Source: an uncultured Planctomycetota bacterium
GTDB taxonomy: Bacteria; Planctomycetota; Planctomycetia; Isosphaerales; Isosphaeraceae
Length of the DNA: 64,000 bases
Direction of reading: 5' to 3'
NCBI GenBank assembly: GCA_963823665.1
Contig: CAWGMQ010000006.1
Location: forward strand, 1,762,597-1,826,596
The notes beneath the pieces were generated by a model. It was not told the origin of the DNA, ran no database searches, and saw only the letters and a program-made list of their open reading frames with translations. The number at the start of each line of letters is the position of its first letter. Positions within the stretch are counted from its first letter, which is position 1. A program made the position numbers and the translations under genes. Shown piece by piece: positions 1-11,984 of this stretch.

Positions 1-196
1 CTTCCGGCTTGCGGAAGGCATTATCGTCTATACGGCCCAGACCGCAAACCCAGCTCGGCTACCAATACTGGGGTTGCGAGCCATTGCGACGAATGCGTTG
101 CGGTTCACGATTGATGGTAAGGGACGTAACGCGACGTTGGCGACGTCGTGAGGTGTCACGCGCGCGGGGTAGGGCTGAAAGTTCCGTTGACGACAA

Positions 197-1601
197 TCAG
201 CTCAAAATCGCCTTGATCACATTGCCATCCACATCAGTCAGCCGGAAGTCGCGGCCGGCGTAGCGGTACACCAGCCTGGTGTGGTCGATCCCCAGGAGGT
301 GCAGGATCGTCGCGTGGTAGTCGTGCACGTGCACGGGGTTCTCGACGATCGTGGCCCCGAAGTCGTCGGTCTGCGCCGAACGTGCAGCCCCCCTTCACTC
401 CCGCGCCGGCGAGCAAGGCCGTGAATGCCTTGGCGTAATGGTTGCGCCCCTGGGTTCCTGTTGCGTCCGTCCACGGAGTCCGGCCAAACTCCGTGCAAAT
501 GGCAACGAGCGTCGAGTCAAATAAACCACGCGCTTTCAGATCTTTAATCAGTGCCGCGATCGCGCGGTCCACCCGCAGGGCCTTGGGGCGGTGCTCCTGC
601 ATGTTGCCGTGCGCGTCCCAGTTGTTATTCGACCCGGTGTCGATCAGCTCGACTACCCGCACGCCCTTCTCGATCAGCCGGCGGGCGACCAGGCACTGAT
701 ATCCGAACGATGTGGTGTCGCCGGCGGAGACTCCGTACGCCTGGCGCGTTGCTTCGGTCTCGCGCTCGGCGTCGAGCACCTCGGGCGCCTTGCGCATCAT
801 CCCGGCGGCCACATCGTAAGTCGCGATCCTGGCGCGAAGGTCGGGATTGCCCGGGCGGATGGCGATATGCCGCTCGTTCACGTCGCGCAGCATCAATCGC
901 TCGAGCGCATCGAGCGAGAGCGACTGTTCCTGGGGACGAAGGTCGGGTATCGGTTGCGGACCCGGCACGATGCGCACTCCCTGGTGGATCGGCGGCAGGA
1001 AGTTGCTGTCCCACACCTGACTGCCGGCATAAGGCAAGTTCTCGCAAAGAACCACGTAGGACGGCAGTGCGGCGCACTCGGTGCCCAGACCATAGGAGAG
1101 CCACGCGCCCAAGGAGGGCAGCGGCACCGTGGCCGAGCCGGTGTGCATCGCCAGCACCGCCTGGAAATGCTCGACGATGTCGGTGTGCAGGCTGCGGATC
1201 ACGCACAGATCGTCGGCCAAGGCGGAAAGGTGAGGAAAGAGCTCGCTGATCCAGAGGCCCGATGCGCCGCACTGGCGAAACCGGAACGGCGAGCCCAGCA
1301 GCGGGCGCTTGCCCGTCTCGTCGCTCCCGAGCCCGAACGACGGGACCGGCTGGCCATGACGCTCGTTGAGGGCAGGTTTATAATCAAACGTGTCGACGTG
1401 TGAAAAACCGCCGGTCAGAAAGATCACGATCAGGTTCTGGGCCTTCGCCTCGTGGTGGGCGGGCCTCGGTGCCAGCAGACCGCCGCCATTTTCTTCGGCC
1501 GCCAGCAGGAGCGCATCGCGCAGGCCGGGGCCGGCGATCGCGGCGGAGCAGACGGCTTGTTTCAAGAAGCCGCGCCGGGCGATCAGCGATCGATTCGACA
1601 T
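197..1601 (-). CDS. DUF1501 domain protein (Tat-like leader); one frameshift near 373
   Basis: RRGFL leader, '[15 protein letters not shown]', 'WDAHG', 'TEFGRTP'. The typical C-terminus '[19 protein letters not shown]...RLTDV' is in another frame and ends at TGA 197-199. Confidence 0.9.
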
Positions 1602-1620
1602 GTCTGGTTTCATCACCCTG

Positions 1621-3998
1621 TCAATCGACATAGAGAAACTCGTTGGAAGTGAGGATCACCTTGGCGAGGCTCACCCAGGCGAGGCGTTCGACGTCCGGTG
1701 CGGACGCTCGCGTCTGCCGCCAGGGCCTGTCTTGCAATCCGATAGATAGCGGACTGCCCGCTCGACCTCGTCCGGCTCGGCGGGGCGCCCCCACGCCAGC
1801 TCATGGGCGGCCGCGATCCGCGTTTGATCGTCGCCGGCGCCTGCGATCAGGCGATTGGCGAACGCGACCGCCTGCTCGTGCACGAACGGGTTGTTGCGCA
1901 GGTAGAGGGCTTGAAGCGGGACGGTCGATCGCGTCCGCAGATCGGTCGACGCGTTGGTGTCGGGCCCGTCGAAGATGGCCAGGAACGGGTGCCTCACCAG
2001 GCGCTGGGTCATCATGTAAACGCTGCGAGAGTGAGTGGGGTAAACCGCCTTGAACGGATTGTGCTGGGTCCAGTGCCAGTCGTGGATCGCCGGGAATGGA
2101 TGCGGGCCGGGCCGGGCTCGTTCAAGCCTCCCCGCCACGGCCAGCATCGCGTCGCGAATCGACTCGGCGGCCAGCCGCGCCGGAGGAAACCGCCAGAGCC
2201 AGCGGTCATCCGGGTCGCGAGCCTGGCTCGCGCTGTCGGTTTCGCTCGAGAGCTGATATGTCTCCGAGAGAAGGATCTCCCGGTGCAGCCTTTTAATGGA
2301 CCAGCCGTCCGATACGAACTTCGCGGCGAGCCAGTCGAGTAGCTCGGGGTGAGTGGGCGGTTCGCCGCGCACGCCGAAGTTGGACGGGGTCGCCACGATC
2401 CCCCGCCCGAAATGGTACTGCCAGATCCGGTTCGCCATCACGCGGGCTGAGAGCGGATGCCCGGCTTGCACCAGCCAGTCGGCGAGCTCGAGCCGGCCGC
2501 TGGCGGTGTGGCCCACGGACCGGGCCGGCTCGGCAGCCAGGAACGCGAATCGCGGTACGCCACGGGGCACGACGTCACCCGGCGCCGCTGGATCTCCTCG
2601 TCGTTGAAGCGGCACATCCACGGGCGATCCCTCACCCACGGCATAGCAGCCGGGAACGTCCGCCGGCAGCGACGCCCTGCGCAGCTTCGACCACTCGGCC
2701 CGAAGCTCGCCCATTTGCTTCTTCGATGCCGCGTCGCTCCTGCCCTCGAGCGCTTTCGCCTCGCGATCGAGGACGGCCAGACGCCCCTCGTAACGAACGA
2801 GCTTCGCCTTGCACGCTTCGGGCGGCGCCACCGGCACGAAATTCATCCGCGGGAATGACTTGGATTGCAGCTCTTCCGACCCGGCGTAGGGAAACGTGGT
2901 GCTGGCGAAGATCCCGTAGAGCGCGTAATAGTCGCGCTGGGTGACGGGGTCGAACTTGTGGTCATGGCACCGCGCGCAGCGCAGCGTGAGCCCCAGAAAC
3001 GCCCGGCCGGTCGTGTCGATCGTGTCTTCCAGTGTCAGATGCCACAGCTCAAACGGCGCGGTGGCGTAACGGCGCGAGAGGGCGAGGAACCCGGTGGCGA
3101 TCACCGACGCGGCGTAGTTTTCCGCGGGTCCGTTCCGCGCCAGGATGTCACCGGCCAGTTGTTCGCGGACCATCCGGTCGTACGGCTTGTCGGCGTTCCA
3201 CGAGTCGATGATGTAGTCTCGATAGCGCACGGCTTCCGGGATGGGGTAGTCGGCGTTGTCGCCGGCGGTGTCGGCATAGCGGACGACGTCCATCCAGTGC
3301 CGCCCCCAATGCTCGCCATAGTGCGGTGATGCCAGCAGACGATCGACGACCCGCGCGAATGCATCAAGTGATCGATCGGCCAGGAAGTCGGCAATCTCGC
3401 TCGGTTCAGGCGGCAAACCGATCAGGTCAAACGTCACGCGTCGAATCAAGGTTTTCCGGTCGGCCCGCCGGACCGGTGAGAGCCCCGCCGCCCGGCGCCT
3501 GGCCGCGATGAAGCGGTCGACCGGCGTCGACGACGGGCCCGTGGGATCTCGCGGCGGGTCGACGCTTTTCACTTTCTGAAACGCCCAGTGAAGCCCGGCG
3601 ACCTCCTGCGCTGGCGGTTTCCCGCCGATCGCCTTGGGCCACGCTGCCCCGCGTGCAACCCATTCCGTGAACGCGCTCACGACCTCCTGCGCCAGGGGGT
3701 TCTCGGGCGGCATCTTCAGGTCTTCGTCAATCCGGCGAACGGCCTGGATCAGACGGCTCTTGGCGGGGTCACCCGGGACGATGGCGGGCCCCCGGTCGCC
3801 GCCCCGCAGGAGCGACTGGCGCGAATCGACCTTGAGCCCGCTGCTGGTCTTCTTCCCGCCGTGGCACGGAAGGCACTTTGTGACGAGCACCGGGCGTATC
3901 TTCAACTCGAAGAATGTCTCCGGCGTCTCGTCTCCAGCGGCTGAACTCGAAAGGGCGAGCGCGGCGAGCAGGCCGATCGACGCAAAGAGTCGAGCCAT
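1621..3998 (-). CDS. Planctomycete cytochrome c / DUF1549 / DUF1553 (PSD1) protein; frameshift near the C-terminus
   Basis: Signal peptide, CxxCH motifs CLPCH and CARCH, 'HYGEHWGRHWMD', 'PTHPELLDWLA'. The family end 'AWVSLAKVILTSNEFLYVD*' is in a shifted frame ending at 1621. Canonical partner of DUF1501. Confidence 0.9.
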
Positions 3999-4153
3999 CG
4001 CGTCGACTCCTCATTATAAATAAGGTGGGGGGCAGACTCCGGCGGGCGGGCATCCTGTTCAATAGAAACAGATTAACTGTTTGACAAAGTTTACACAATA
4101 TTTCAACGGGGGCCCGCGCGTGGGGAACCACGCAAGGTCGCGGCCGCATCTAT

Positions 4154-4181
4154 TTGACAAGCTCCAGCAGCGACCTAAGCT
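4154..4181 (+). promoter_or_regulatory. Possible sigma70 promoter for the FHA-GGDEF gene
   Basis: TTGACA (4154-4159), 16 nt spacer, TAAGCT (4176-4181) in the divergent intergenic region. Confidence 0.35.
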
Positions 4182-4346
4182 AGCTCAGAGGCGTCGGTCC
4201 TGCCACGTCGTCTCGACTCGAGAATTGTTTTCGAGATCCACGCGCTCGAAGGGTGCGTGAAAGACGGAGGCGCTCGGTAAATCGCGGCCGGTCGTCTTGA
4301 TTTGGACCAGGGATCGCACGGTCCTCAGGAAGATGGGAGATCCACT

Positions 4347-5317
4347 GTGGACGCCAAGGCCAGCACCCATCTTTGTGCTTCGCCGTTGCTGCCGGCCGAG
4401 CAGCTCAACGGCAAAGCTGCGGAAACACCCTCGGCATACATGATCGTCGTGAATGGAAGTGTACCGGGAACGATGGTGCCGCTCAACGAAAGTGGTACCA
4501 CGTTCGGCCGTTCCGGGGAAAGTGGGTTTCCGGTCGACGACAACACGGTCTCGCGCCGGCACGCGTCGGTCGCGGTCGACCCGGACGGAATCGTCCAGAT
4601 CACGGACGAGGGCAGCTCGAACGGTACGTTTGTCAACGGGGAGCCGATCGCCGCACACCGGCCGATCAAGCTCGAGGACGGCGATCGCATCCAGCTTGGT
4701 GCCAGGCTGGTTTTCAAGCTGGTGCGGCTTGATCCGCACGACGAGCGCTTCCAGCGTGACATGTTCGAGCGAACGGTTCGAGACACGCTCACCGGGCTGT
4801 ACCACCGCGCCTATTTTCTCAGCCAGATCGGCTCACTTGCCGAGCGTTACGCCGCGTGCGGTATCGGGATGGCGATCCTGATGCTCGACATCGATCATTT
4901 CAAGCAGATCAACGACCGCTACGGCCACGTGGCGGGCGATGACGTGCTGCGCGAGGTCGCCGCGGTGATCCGCGAATCGACCCGTGCCGAAGACCTGGTC
5001 GCGCGTTACGGGGGCGAGGAGTTCGTGATTGCGCTGCCGGTCTCACTGGCGAGCCTGGCCGTGCGGCGAGCCGAGCGGATCCGGGTTGAGCTTGCCGGCC
5101 GCACCATTGCCGCGGGGTCGCGCAGCTCGTGCGCCTGACCACCAGCGTCGGGCTTTCGTTCAACCCTCCGGGCTGGCCCCGGAACGAGCGGGCACTCATC
5201 GTCGCGGCGGATCAGGCCCTCTACGAGGCCAAAGCGGCGGGGCGAAACCGCGTTGTCTGCGCCGCGCGCCCGCTCCAAACGGAATACCGAAGACGGAGTC
5301 GTCGATTCTGGTCGTGA
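4347..5317 (+). CDS. FHA-domain diguanylate cyclase (GGDEF); frameshift near 5120
   Basis: FHA motifs 'FGR', 'VSRRHA', 'SSNGTFVNG'. GGDEF motifs 'DIDHFKQINDRYGHVAGD', 'RYGGEEF'. The tail 'TTSVG...ADQALYEAKAAGRN' is in the ORF at 5129-5317. Confidence 0.9.
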
Positions 5318-5485
5318 TGCCCCGGGCGTAGGAAGTCGAGACGGCTTCGTCCGATCTCCTTGTCAGCCGGCCGGCCGGCCAGTCCCTTCCCGGGGTGCTT
5401 GTGACTTCTTCTGCCGGCGCTGATTCGGATAGAATCTCGCGATCGGGTTCGTTCGCTTTTGCACCGCTGGACTTTTCATAGATGG

Positions 5486-6424
5486 ATGAATGACGCCGTG
5501 AAAAAGACGATCCTTGCCGCGTTATCCCTCTGCGTGCTCTCCGGCTGCCTGGGAGAGTCGACGCCAGTCCAGGAAAAAACCTCGCTGCCGCAGGCGCGAG
5601 AAGGCTTCATATCAAAGCTCGTCACGCGCTCGTCCGATCGTGATCCGGTTGACGAACCGCCGGAAGCGGTTTTTCGCCTGGTCAGGTTCGATTCACCCGT
5701 CGGCAAGCTTGAAGCCTTTCTGAGCAGCTCGGACGACGACGGCGAGAAGCACCCGGCGATCATCTGGATCACGGGCGGAGACTGCAACTCGATCGGCGAC
5801 GTCTGGAGCCCCGCGTCGCCGGAAAACGATCAGACGGCCAGTGCGTTTCGCAAGGCCGGCGTCATCATGTTCTTTCCGTCGTTACGCGGCGGAAATCAGA
5901 ATCCGGGCCAGAAGGAAGGATTCCTCGGCGAAGTGAACGACATCCTGGCCTCGGCAGATTACCTCGCCAAGGATCCGAGGGTCGATCCCAAGCGAATCTA
6001 TCTGGGCGGCCACAGCACCGGCGGCACGCTCGTGCTGCTGGTCGCTGAATGCAGCGAGCGTTTCCGCGCTGTGTTCTCATTCGGACCGGTGAGCGACGTC
6101 AGCCACTACCCGGACCAGTTCCTCCCATTCGACCGGTCCAATTCCAAGGAGATCGCGCTGCGATCTCCGGGGCGGTGGATGGAGTCGATTCACTCGCCCG
6201 TGTTCGTCTTTGAAGGAGACGGCGGCAATTTGTCCTCGCTCCAGGCGATGCAGCGTGCGTGCAAGAACCCGATGGTGCACTTTTATCCGATTCCCCGCGC
6301 CGATCATTTCAACGGGCTTGCACCGGCTCATGCCGCGCTTGCGCGAAAGGTCGTGGCGGACACAGGACCAGCAACGAACATCACGTTCACCGACGCGGAA
6401 CTGGGCGGGCTCATGCCACGGTGA
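5486..6424 (+). CDS. Lipoprotein alpha/beta hydrolase (S9/prolyl-oligopeptidase-like)
   Basis: Lipobox LSGC, nucleophile motif GHSTGG, C-terminal 'ADHF'. Confidence 0.8.
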   Translation: MNDAVKKTILAALSLCVLSGCLGESTPVQEKTSLPQAREGFISKLVTRSSDRDPVDEPPEAVFRLVRFDSPVGKLEAFLSSSDDDGEKHPAIIWITGGDCNSIGDVWSPASPENDQTASAFRKAGVIMFFPSLRGGNQNPGQKEGFLGEVNDILASADYLAKDPRVDPKRIYLGGHSTGGTLVLLVAECSERFRAVFSFGPVSDVSHYPDQFLPFDRSNSKEIALRSPGRWMESIHSPVFVFEGDGGNLSSLQAMQRACKNPMVHFYPIPRADHFNGLAPAHAALARKVVADTGPATNITFTDAELGGLMPR

Positions 6425-6457
6425 ACACGACCTTGAGAGACAAGGAGTAGAACCAAA

Positions 6458-7328
6458 GTGGCGCAGTCATTCCTGACGCCGGCACACCCCGGATTGCCAC
6501 CGCTAGCCCTGGGGGTTTGTAGCTGGAGCCTGCAAGTAAAGAGCATCCCGGAGCTCCAGCAATTCCTGGCCTCGCTGGGCATGAACGTCGTGCAGATCGC
6601 CTGCGGCGACCCGCATCACGCAAGCTGGGACGAAGGCGACTCGATGCCCAAAGTCGCGCACGATTCGGGTATCATCATGACCGGCGCTATGCTGGGCTTT
6701 CCCGGTGAAGACTACACCACGCCGCAAACGATCAAGGCAACCGGCGGCTTCGGTGATCCCTCACTTCGGCCGGAGCGGATCAACCGGCTGAAGTGGGCAC
6801 TGGACCGGACCATCGCGCTGGGCCTGTCCGATCTTTCGCTGCACGCCGGGTTCATTCCCGCGCCCGGCGATACCGGGGCGAGCATCGATGCTCGAGACAC
6901 TGGCACAGGCTGGGGATCTTGCCGCTGCGAAGGGAATTACCCTCGCCTTCGAGACGGGCCAGGAAACGGCCGACTTGCTGCGGCTGACTCTGGATGAGCT
7001 GCGCTCCCCGAGCTTGAAAGTCAACTTCGATCCGGCGAACATGCTGCTTTATGACATGGGAGACCCGATCCGGGCTGTCGAGATCCTCGGCCCGGATATC
7101 CGCTCGGTGCATGTCAAGGACGCCCGCCGGCCGAAAGTTGCGGGCCAGTGGGGCCAGGAGGTCGTGCTGGGCGAAGGCGAGGTGGACATCAAGCGATTCG
7201 TGCAGACGCTCAAGAAGATCGGTTACACCGGGCCGCTGGTTGTCGAGCGCGAGGTCGGCGATCAAGCCGGGCGTCTCCGCGATGTCGCCCGCGGGCTCGA
7301 ATTCGTGCGCGGCTGCCTGGCGGGCTAG
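6458..7328 (+). CDS. Sugar phosphate isomerase/epimerase (xylose-isomerase-like TIM barrel); frameshift near 6880
   Basis: 'LAFETGQE', 'VNFDPAN', 'VHVKD', 'LGEGEVD', 'LVVERE', spread over ORFs 6458-6997 and 6888-7328. Confidence 0.85.
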
Positions 7329-7479
7329 GTCAGGAACGAAGACACCGGGCGCACAAGACCCCCCCGATGACCACGGTCGCGTGACGACGGTGGTGTGGCC
7401 ACAGTCGTGGAGACCGTGGTTCAGACGGGGAGCCTCCACCTCGCACGTATGTGCGATCGCCCGGGCGGATCCGGCTCAG

Positions 7480-7510
7480 AACAAAAACGCACTTTCGCGG
7501 AGCGAAAGGC
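7480..7510 (-). terminator. Intrinsic terminator downstream of the ArsR gene
   Basis: Minus strand reads GCCTTTCGC-TCC-GCGAAAGTGC followed by GTTTTTGTT. Confidence 0.6.
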
Positions 7511-7624
7511 GACTACAGGATCGGGCTTACGCCCGAGGCTGCGTACGCCCCGTCCGAACCACGCACTCACGTGCGTGGTCACGGGTCACGCGATTGATCC
7601 GCGATTGCCGCCGTTGGTTTCGCG

Positions 7625-7963
7625 TCAGCCGACGACGGAATTCACGACCTGCGCGAGCTGGCGGCCGGCGTCGGTCAGCGCGTAGAAATTGTGCTTGCCC
7701 GCACGGCGCGGCTCGATCAACCGGCCGTGGCGCAACAACGCGAGATGATGGCTCACGGCAGGCTGGCTCTGCGTGCCGAGATCGCCGCAAAGCTCGGTGA
7801 CATTGCGCTCTTTTTCGCTCAAGAGCATGAGCACCTGAAGGCGAGTCGGATCCGAAACTTGCTTCAATAATTCCGCGACCCGGCGGATCTCAGAAGCCGA
7901 TCGGGTGGAGCTTGCCGCGGCTTTCGCGGACTTAGCCGTGCTGGATTTGGTCGAGGGAGGCAT
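7625..7963 (-). CDS. ArsR/SmtB family winged-helix regulator
   Basis: 'SDPTRLQVLMLL...NVTELC...SQPAVSHHLALLRHGRLIEPRRAGKHNFYAL'. Confidence 0.9.
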   Translation of the reverse strand: MPPSTKSSTAKSAKAAASSTRSASEIRRVAELLKQVSDPTRLQVLMLLSEKERNVTELCGDLGTQSQPAVSHHLALLRHGRLIEPRRAGKHNFYALTDAGRQLAQVVNSVVG

Positions 7964-8425
7964 CGCATTCCTCAAGCTGTGGGCTAGTTGGGTTTCCGGT
8001 GTGTTCATCTCGTAGCGAAATCCTCGACTCCGGCGACGAGGCTTTCGACGGCTCATGATAGATTCATCCGTACGTCGCGTCAAGCCCGCTTGGAACGTTC
8101 ATTCAATTGAATTCTCAGTTTAGTGAAGATTCCCAAGATGATATCCAATTCTAGGTACACACGATCGGTCTTGCGATGATCGCCCGAAGCTCTGATGAGA
8201 GAACGGACCAGCCCGAAGCGGGTCCGCGCGGGCGTGCGCTCCGCAGCAAGATCGCGATCGATGCGATTGGTTCGCAGGGTGGGCAGTCGAGCTCGAGCCT
8301 GCCCGCTTGTAGAGGGCTCTGCCGGCCCGGTAAAGTGTGATGGGCCCGCTCGGGGTTCGTGTGTTCGTGAATCGAAGCCCGCCTGCGATCAAAGTCTGAA
8401 CAAACAGAAGGATATTTCATCGGGG

Positions 8426-9877
8426 ATGTCAAGCGCAGCGGGGGCCTTCCAGCTCGGATCGGTGCAATCGGCAGCATTCCAGCAGTGCTTGAACCCGTCC
8501 TGCGCCGCCACGTTCGGCGTCGCCGAAGCCCATTTCTCCTGCCCGGCCTGCGGCGACGCGCTTGACGTGGTCTACCAGTGGGACAAGCTCGCCGTGCCCG
8601 GCCGGCTCGCCGATTTCGAGGCGAAATGGAGCCGGCGGAGCGACCCGCTCGCGTTCTCGGGCGTCTGGCGGTTCCGCGAGCTGCTCCCCTTCGCTCCAGC
8701 CGATCAGGTCGTCACCATCGGCGAAGGCCAGACTCTCCTGCAACGCGCGGACAAGGTCGGTCGCTACGTCGGCGTCCTACCCGGCTCGCTCTGGCTCCAG
8801 TACGAAGGCATGAATCCCTCGGGAAGCTTCAAAGACAACGGTATGACTGCCGCTTTCACGCATGCACGCATGGTTTCTGCTCGGCGGGTTGCCTGCGCGA
8901 GTACGGGCAACACGTCGGCGGCCCTGGCGGTCTATTGTTCGGCGACGGATTTCGGCTTTCGCGCCATCATTTTTATCGGGTCCGGCAAGATCGCTTATGG
9001 AAAGCTCGCGCAGGCGCTCGATCATGGAGCGCTCACCATCCAGATCGTGGGGGACTTCGACGATGCAATGCAACGTGTGAGGCAGGTCGCCGACCGGCTG
9101 GGCATTTACTTGATGAACTCGATCAATCCGTTTCGTCTCGAGGGACAGAAAGCGATCATTTTCCGGGTGCTGGAGGGGCTCAAGTGGGAGGTTCCGGACT
9201 GGATCGTCGTGCCAGGGGGGAACCTCGGCAACTCGAGTGCGTTCGGGAAGGCGCTGATTGAGCTAAGCTACTTGGGGTTGATTTCACGCGTCCCGCGCCT
9301 TGCGGTGATCAACGCTGCGGGTGCCCAGACGCTCAATGAGCTGGTCGCGGGCCGCCAGCTCCGGTGGCGCAACGGTCTTCCCGAAATGGACATCGTCGAC
9401 ACGTACTACCGGCAGCTTGACCTGGAGCATGTGAAGGCTTCCACGGTCGCATCGGCGATCGAGATCAACCGCCCGGTGAATCTGAAGAAGTGCCTGCGGG
9501 CGCTCGAGTTCTGTAACGGGGTGGTGAGGATGGTATCCGACCAGGAGATCATGGATGCGAAAGCGCGGGTGGGGGCCGGCGGGCTGGGTTGCGAGCCCGC
9601 GAGCGCGGCAAGCGTGGCCGGTGCCAAGCGATTGCGGGAAGAAGGTGTGATCGCTCCATCGGACCGCGTGGTGTGCATCCTGACCGGGCACCAGCTCAAA
9701 GATCCGACGGCCACCGTCGCCTATCACAGCACCGACCTGGCCCAGTTCGATCAGGTGCTGGGGTCGCGTGGTGTGCATCGGGCGGGATTCGCCAATCGCC
9801 CGATCGTGGTGGCCAACGACCTTGACGACATCATCCGCTCGATCGCCCTCTACTCGGGCACCGAGCCGGCGCAGTAG
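8426..9877 (+). CDS. thrC: Threonine synthase
   Basis: N-terminal Zn-ribbon, 'VWRFRELLP', PLP lysine motif '[10 protein letters not shown]', 'CASTGNTS', 'VPGGNLGN', 'EPASA', 'LTGHQLKD'. Confidence 0.92.
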   Translation: MSSAAGAFQLGSVQSAAFQQCLNPSCAATFGVAEAHFSCPACGDALDVVYQWDKLAVPGRLADFEAKWSRRSDPLAFSGVWRFRELLPFAPADQVVTIGEGQTLLQRADKVGRYVGVLPGSLWLQYEGMNPSGSFKDNGMTAAFTHARMVSARRVACASTGNTSAALAVYCSATDFGFRAIIFIGSGKIAYGKLAQALDHGALTIQIVGDFDDAMQRVRQVADRLGIYLMNSINPFRLEGQKAIIFRVLEGLKWEVPDWIVVPGGNLGNSSAFGKALIELSYLGLISRVPRLAVINAAGAQTLNELVAGRQLRWRNGLPEMDIVDTYYRQLDLEHVKASTVASAIEINRPVNLKKCLRALEFCNGVVRMVSDQEIMDAKARVGAGGLGCEPASAASVAGAKRLREEGVIAPSDRVVCILTGHQLKDPTATVAYHSTDLAQFDQVLGSRGVHRAGFANRPIVVANDLDDIIRSIALYSGTEPAQ

Positions 9878-9924
9878 GCAGAGTCGCCCTTCCGCTCTAC
9901 TTTGTTTTGAAAGGAAAACGACTT

Positions 9925-10710
9925 GTGAATGTAGCGGTCAAGAAGGTCGGCATCCACGGCGCGCGCGGCCGGATGGGCACGCGGCTGATCCAGCTCATCG
10001 CCCTGGATCCCGAGCTTGAGCTGGGCGCCGCGCTCGAGCGGCCCGGGCATGCTCAGCTCGGGGAGGATGCCGGCGGCCTGGCCGGGATTTCGCCGCTGGG
10101 CGTCGCGCTCGCATCCTCTCTGGCCGCTGGAACCCACCTCGACGTCATGGTCGATTTCTCGCTGCCGGAGGGCTCGCTCGCGGTGGCACGCCTGTGTGCG
10201 GCGCACGAGATTCCACTCGTCGTCGGCACCACCGGCTTCGACGCGGCGCGGCGCACGGCACTCGAGGGTCTGGCCGATCGGATTCCAATCCTGATCGCTC
10301 CCAACATGAGCCGGGCCGTGAATCTCTTGATGCAGCTTGTGCGAGAAGCCGCTCGAGCACTCGGGGATGGAGCAGACGTCGCCATCATCGAGCGCCATCA
10401 CCGCACCAAGAAGGATGCTCCCAGCGGAACCGCCCTTCGATTGGCCGAATTTGCGCGGGCGGGCCTCGCGGCCGCTTCACCGGTCGCACAGGGCAAAGCC
10501 CGTCATGCCGAGATCAGCATGCATTCGCTTCGTGTCGCAGACTCTCCCGGCGAGCATACGGTCGTGCTTGCTCTCCCCGGCGAGACCATCGAGCTCTCCC
10601 ACCGGGCGCTTAACCGTGATGGCTTTGCCCGAGGCGCACTTGACGCGGCAAAGTTTCTGGCCGGGAGGCCGGCGGGCCTCTACTCGATGGAAAATGTTCT
10701 CGGGTGCTGA
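9925..10710 (+). CDS. dapB: 4-hydroxy-tetrahydrodipicolinate reductase
   Basis: 'GARGRMG', 'VDFS', 'VVGTTG', 'APNMS', 'ERHHRTKKDAPSGTA', 'FARGA'. Confidence 0.93.
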   Translation: MNVAVKKVGIHGARGRMGTRLIQLIALDPELELGAALERPGHAQLGEDAGGLAGISPLGVALASSLAAGTHLDVMVDFSLPEGSLAVARLCAAHEIPLVVGTTGFDAARRTALEGLADRIPILIAPNMSRAVNLLMQLVREAARALGDGADVAIIERHHRTKKDAPSGTALRLAEFARAGLAAASPVAQGKARHAEISMHSLRVADSPGEHTVVLALPGETIELSHRALNRDGFARGALDAAKFLAGRPAGLYSMENVLGC

Positions 10711-10788
10711 CAAGGGTGCAATCGTGTAGAATAGAATCGACTGGTGCGAGGCCAGTTCCGATCATCAATGCCGAACGGCGGGGATCGA

Positions 10789-11172
10789 ATGATGGCCGGT
10801 TGCGAACGCGGCTATTTGTGCGCGGTCTGCGGTGAAGACGTCGAGGAGATCACCGACTCCGTGCTTTACTTGCGGTATGTCCTGGGAGAAGTTGCCTGGG
10901 ACGACCTTGACCGCAGTCCCGAAGCGCACATTCGCTGCGATCCGATCCTGGCGCAGTTCATTGTCGCGGAGGATTTCGAACCGGTGACTGCCAATGGAGT
11001 CTTCTCGAAAGGCGCCCTTGACCCTGACTTCGTCTGTGCTGAGGAATCGCGGGTAACCAGGGGATTTCTCAGGCTGCGTGCGGTGGCAGGCACGAATGTA
11101 GCGATAGCCGAGTATCCCTTGTCGTCAGCAGGCGCCGAGGCCAATCGCGAGGCCGGCGCTCAAGGAAATTGA
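10789..11172 (+). CDS. Conserved hypothetical protein with an N-terminal Cys cluster
   Basis: 'CERGYLCAVCGEDV...LYLRYV'. Coding-like composition and co-oriented with neighbours. Confidence 0.65.
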   Translation: MMAGCERGYLCAVCGEDVEEITDSVLYLRYVLGEVAWDDLDRSPEAHIRCDPILAQFIVAEDFEPVTANGVFSKGALDPDFVCAEESRVTRGFLRLRAVAGTNVAIAEYPLSSAGAEANREAGAQGN

Positions 11173-11227
11173 GCGCACGTGCGCGTCGAGCGATCCTTGA
11201 GCCGGGCGGAAGGCAGCCTCCGTGATC

Positions 11228-11900
11228 ATGAAATCCGATTCTCGCGACAAAAAGTTCGACGACCCAGGGCCACGCCGGCTGGCATGGAACTGGATAGCGG
11301 CGCTAGCCAGGGTCATTCTTCGCAAGAAGATCGTCCCGGCCGCGCCGCGCTTGTTGTTTCTCGACGACGACCCGCAACGGGCGGAGATCTTCCTGGCCGA
11401 GCACCCGGAGGCGGTCTGGGTTGAAACGGTTGCCGATTGCGTCGATCGGCTGCGCGAGAACTGGGATGAAGTCCATCTCGATCACGACCTGGGCGGCCGG
11501 CAGCTTGTCGGGAGTGACGACGTCGATTCCGGGATGGAGGTGATCCGGTGGCTGTGCAGGGAGCCGCGCGAGCATCTACGCGCGACGCGATTCTTCGTGC
11601 ACACCCACAACCTGGTGGCCGGCCTCATGATGGTGCTGCAAATGCGATCCAGCGGTTTCAGCGCCGAATTCCGGCCGTTCGGCCAGGACCTGGCCAAGGT
11701 CCTCGCGCACAATGAGCCGGGCGACGACGTGGCCGAGCCCGACGGCGCCTGGGAAGAAGCCTACGATCGCAAGCTGAGCGGGAACAGATTCTGGCGATGG
11801 CTGACAGGAAAAACCGGCCGCGCGAAGGGGCCAAACGGTGAACCGTTCGAGACGCCGGAGCGCGCCACAGAGGCAAGCGGAGAATTGCCAATAGCCGGCC
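11228..11900 (+). CDS. Cyclic-phosphate-processing receiver (cREC)-like domain protein; C-terminal boundary uncertain
   Basis: 'LLFLDDD', 'VHLDHDLG', 'SGMEVIRWL', 'VHTHN'. The ORF as given runs to 12076 and overlaps the next gene, suggesting a late frameshift. Confidence 0.65.
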
Positions 11901-11984
11901 CGGATTGTATTCTGAGCAACGGAGTAAGGGGACGGCCATCGAAAGAGGCCGGTTACAGTGGTGGTCTGGTCAGGAGGGTGCTCG

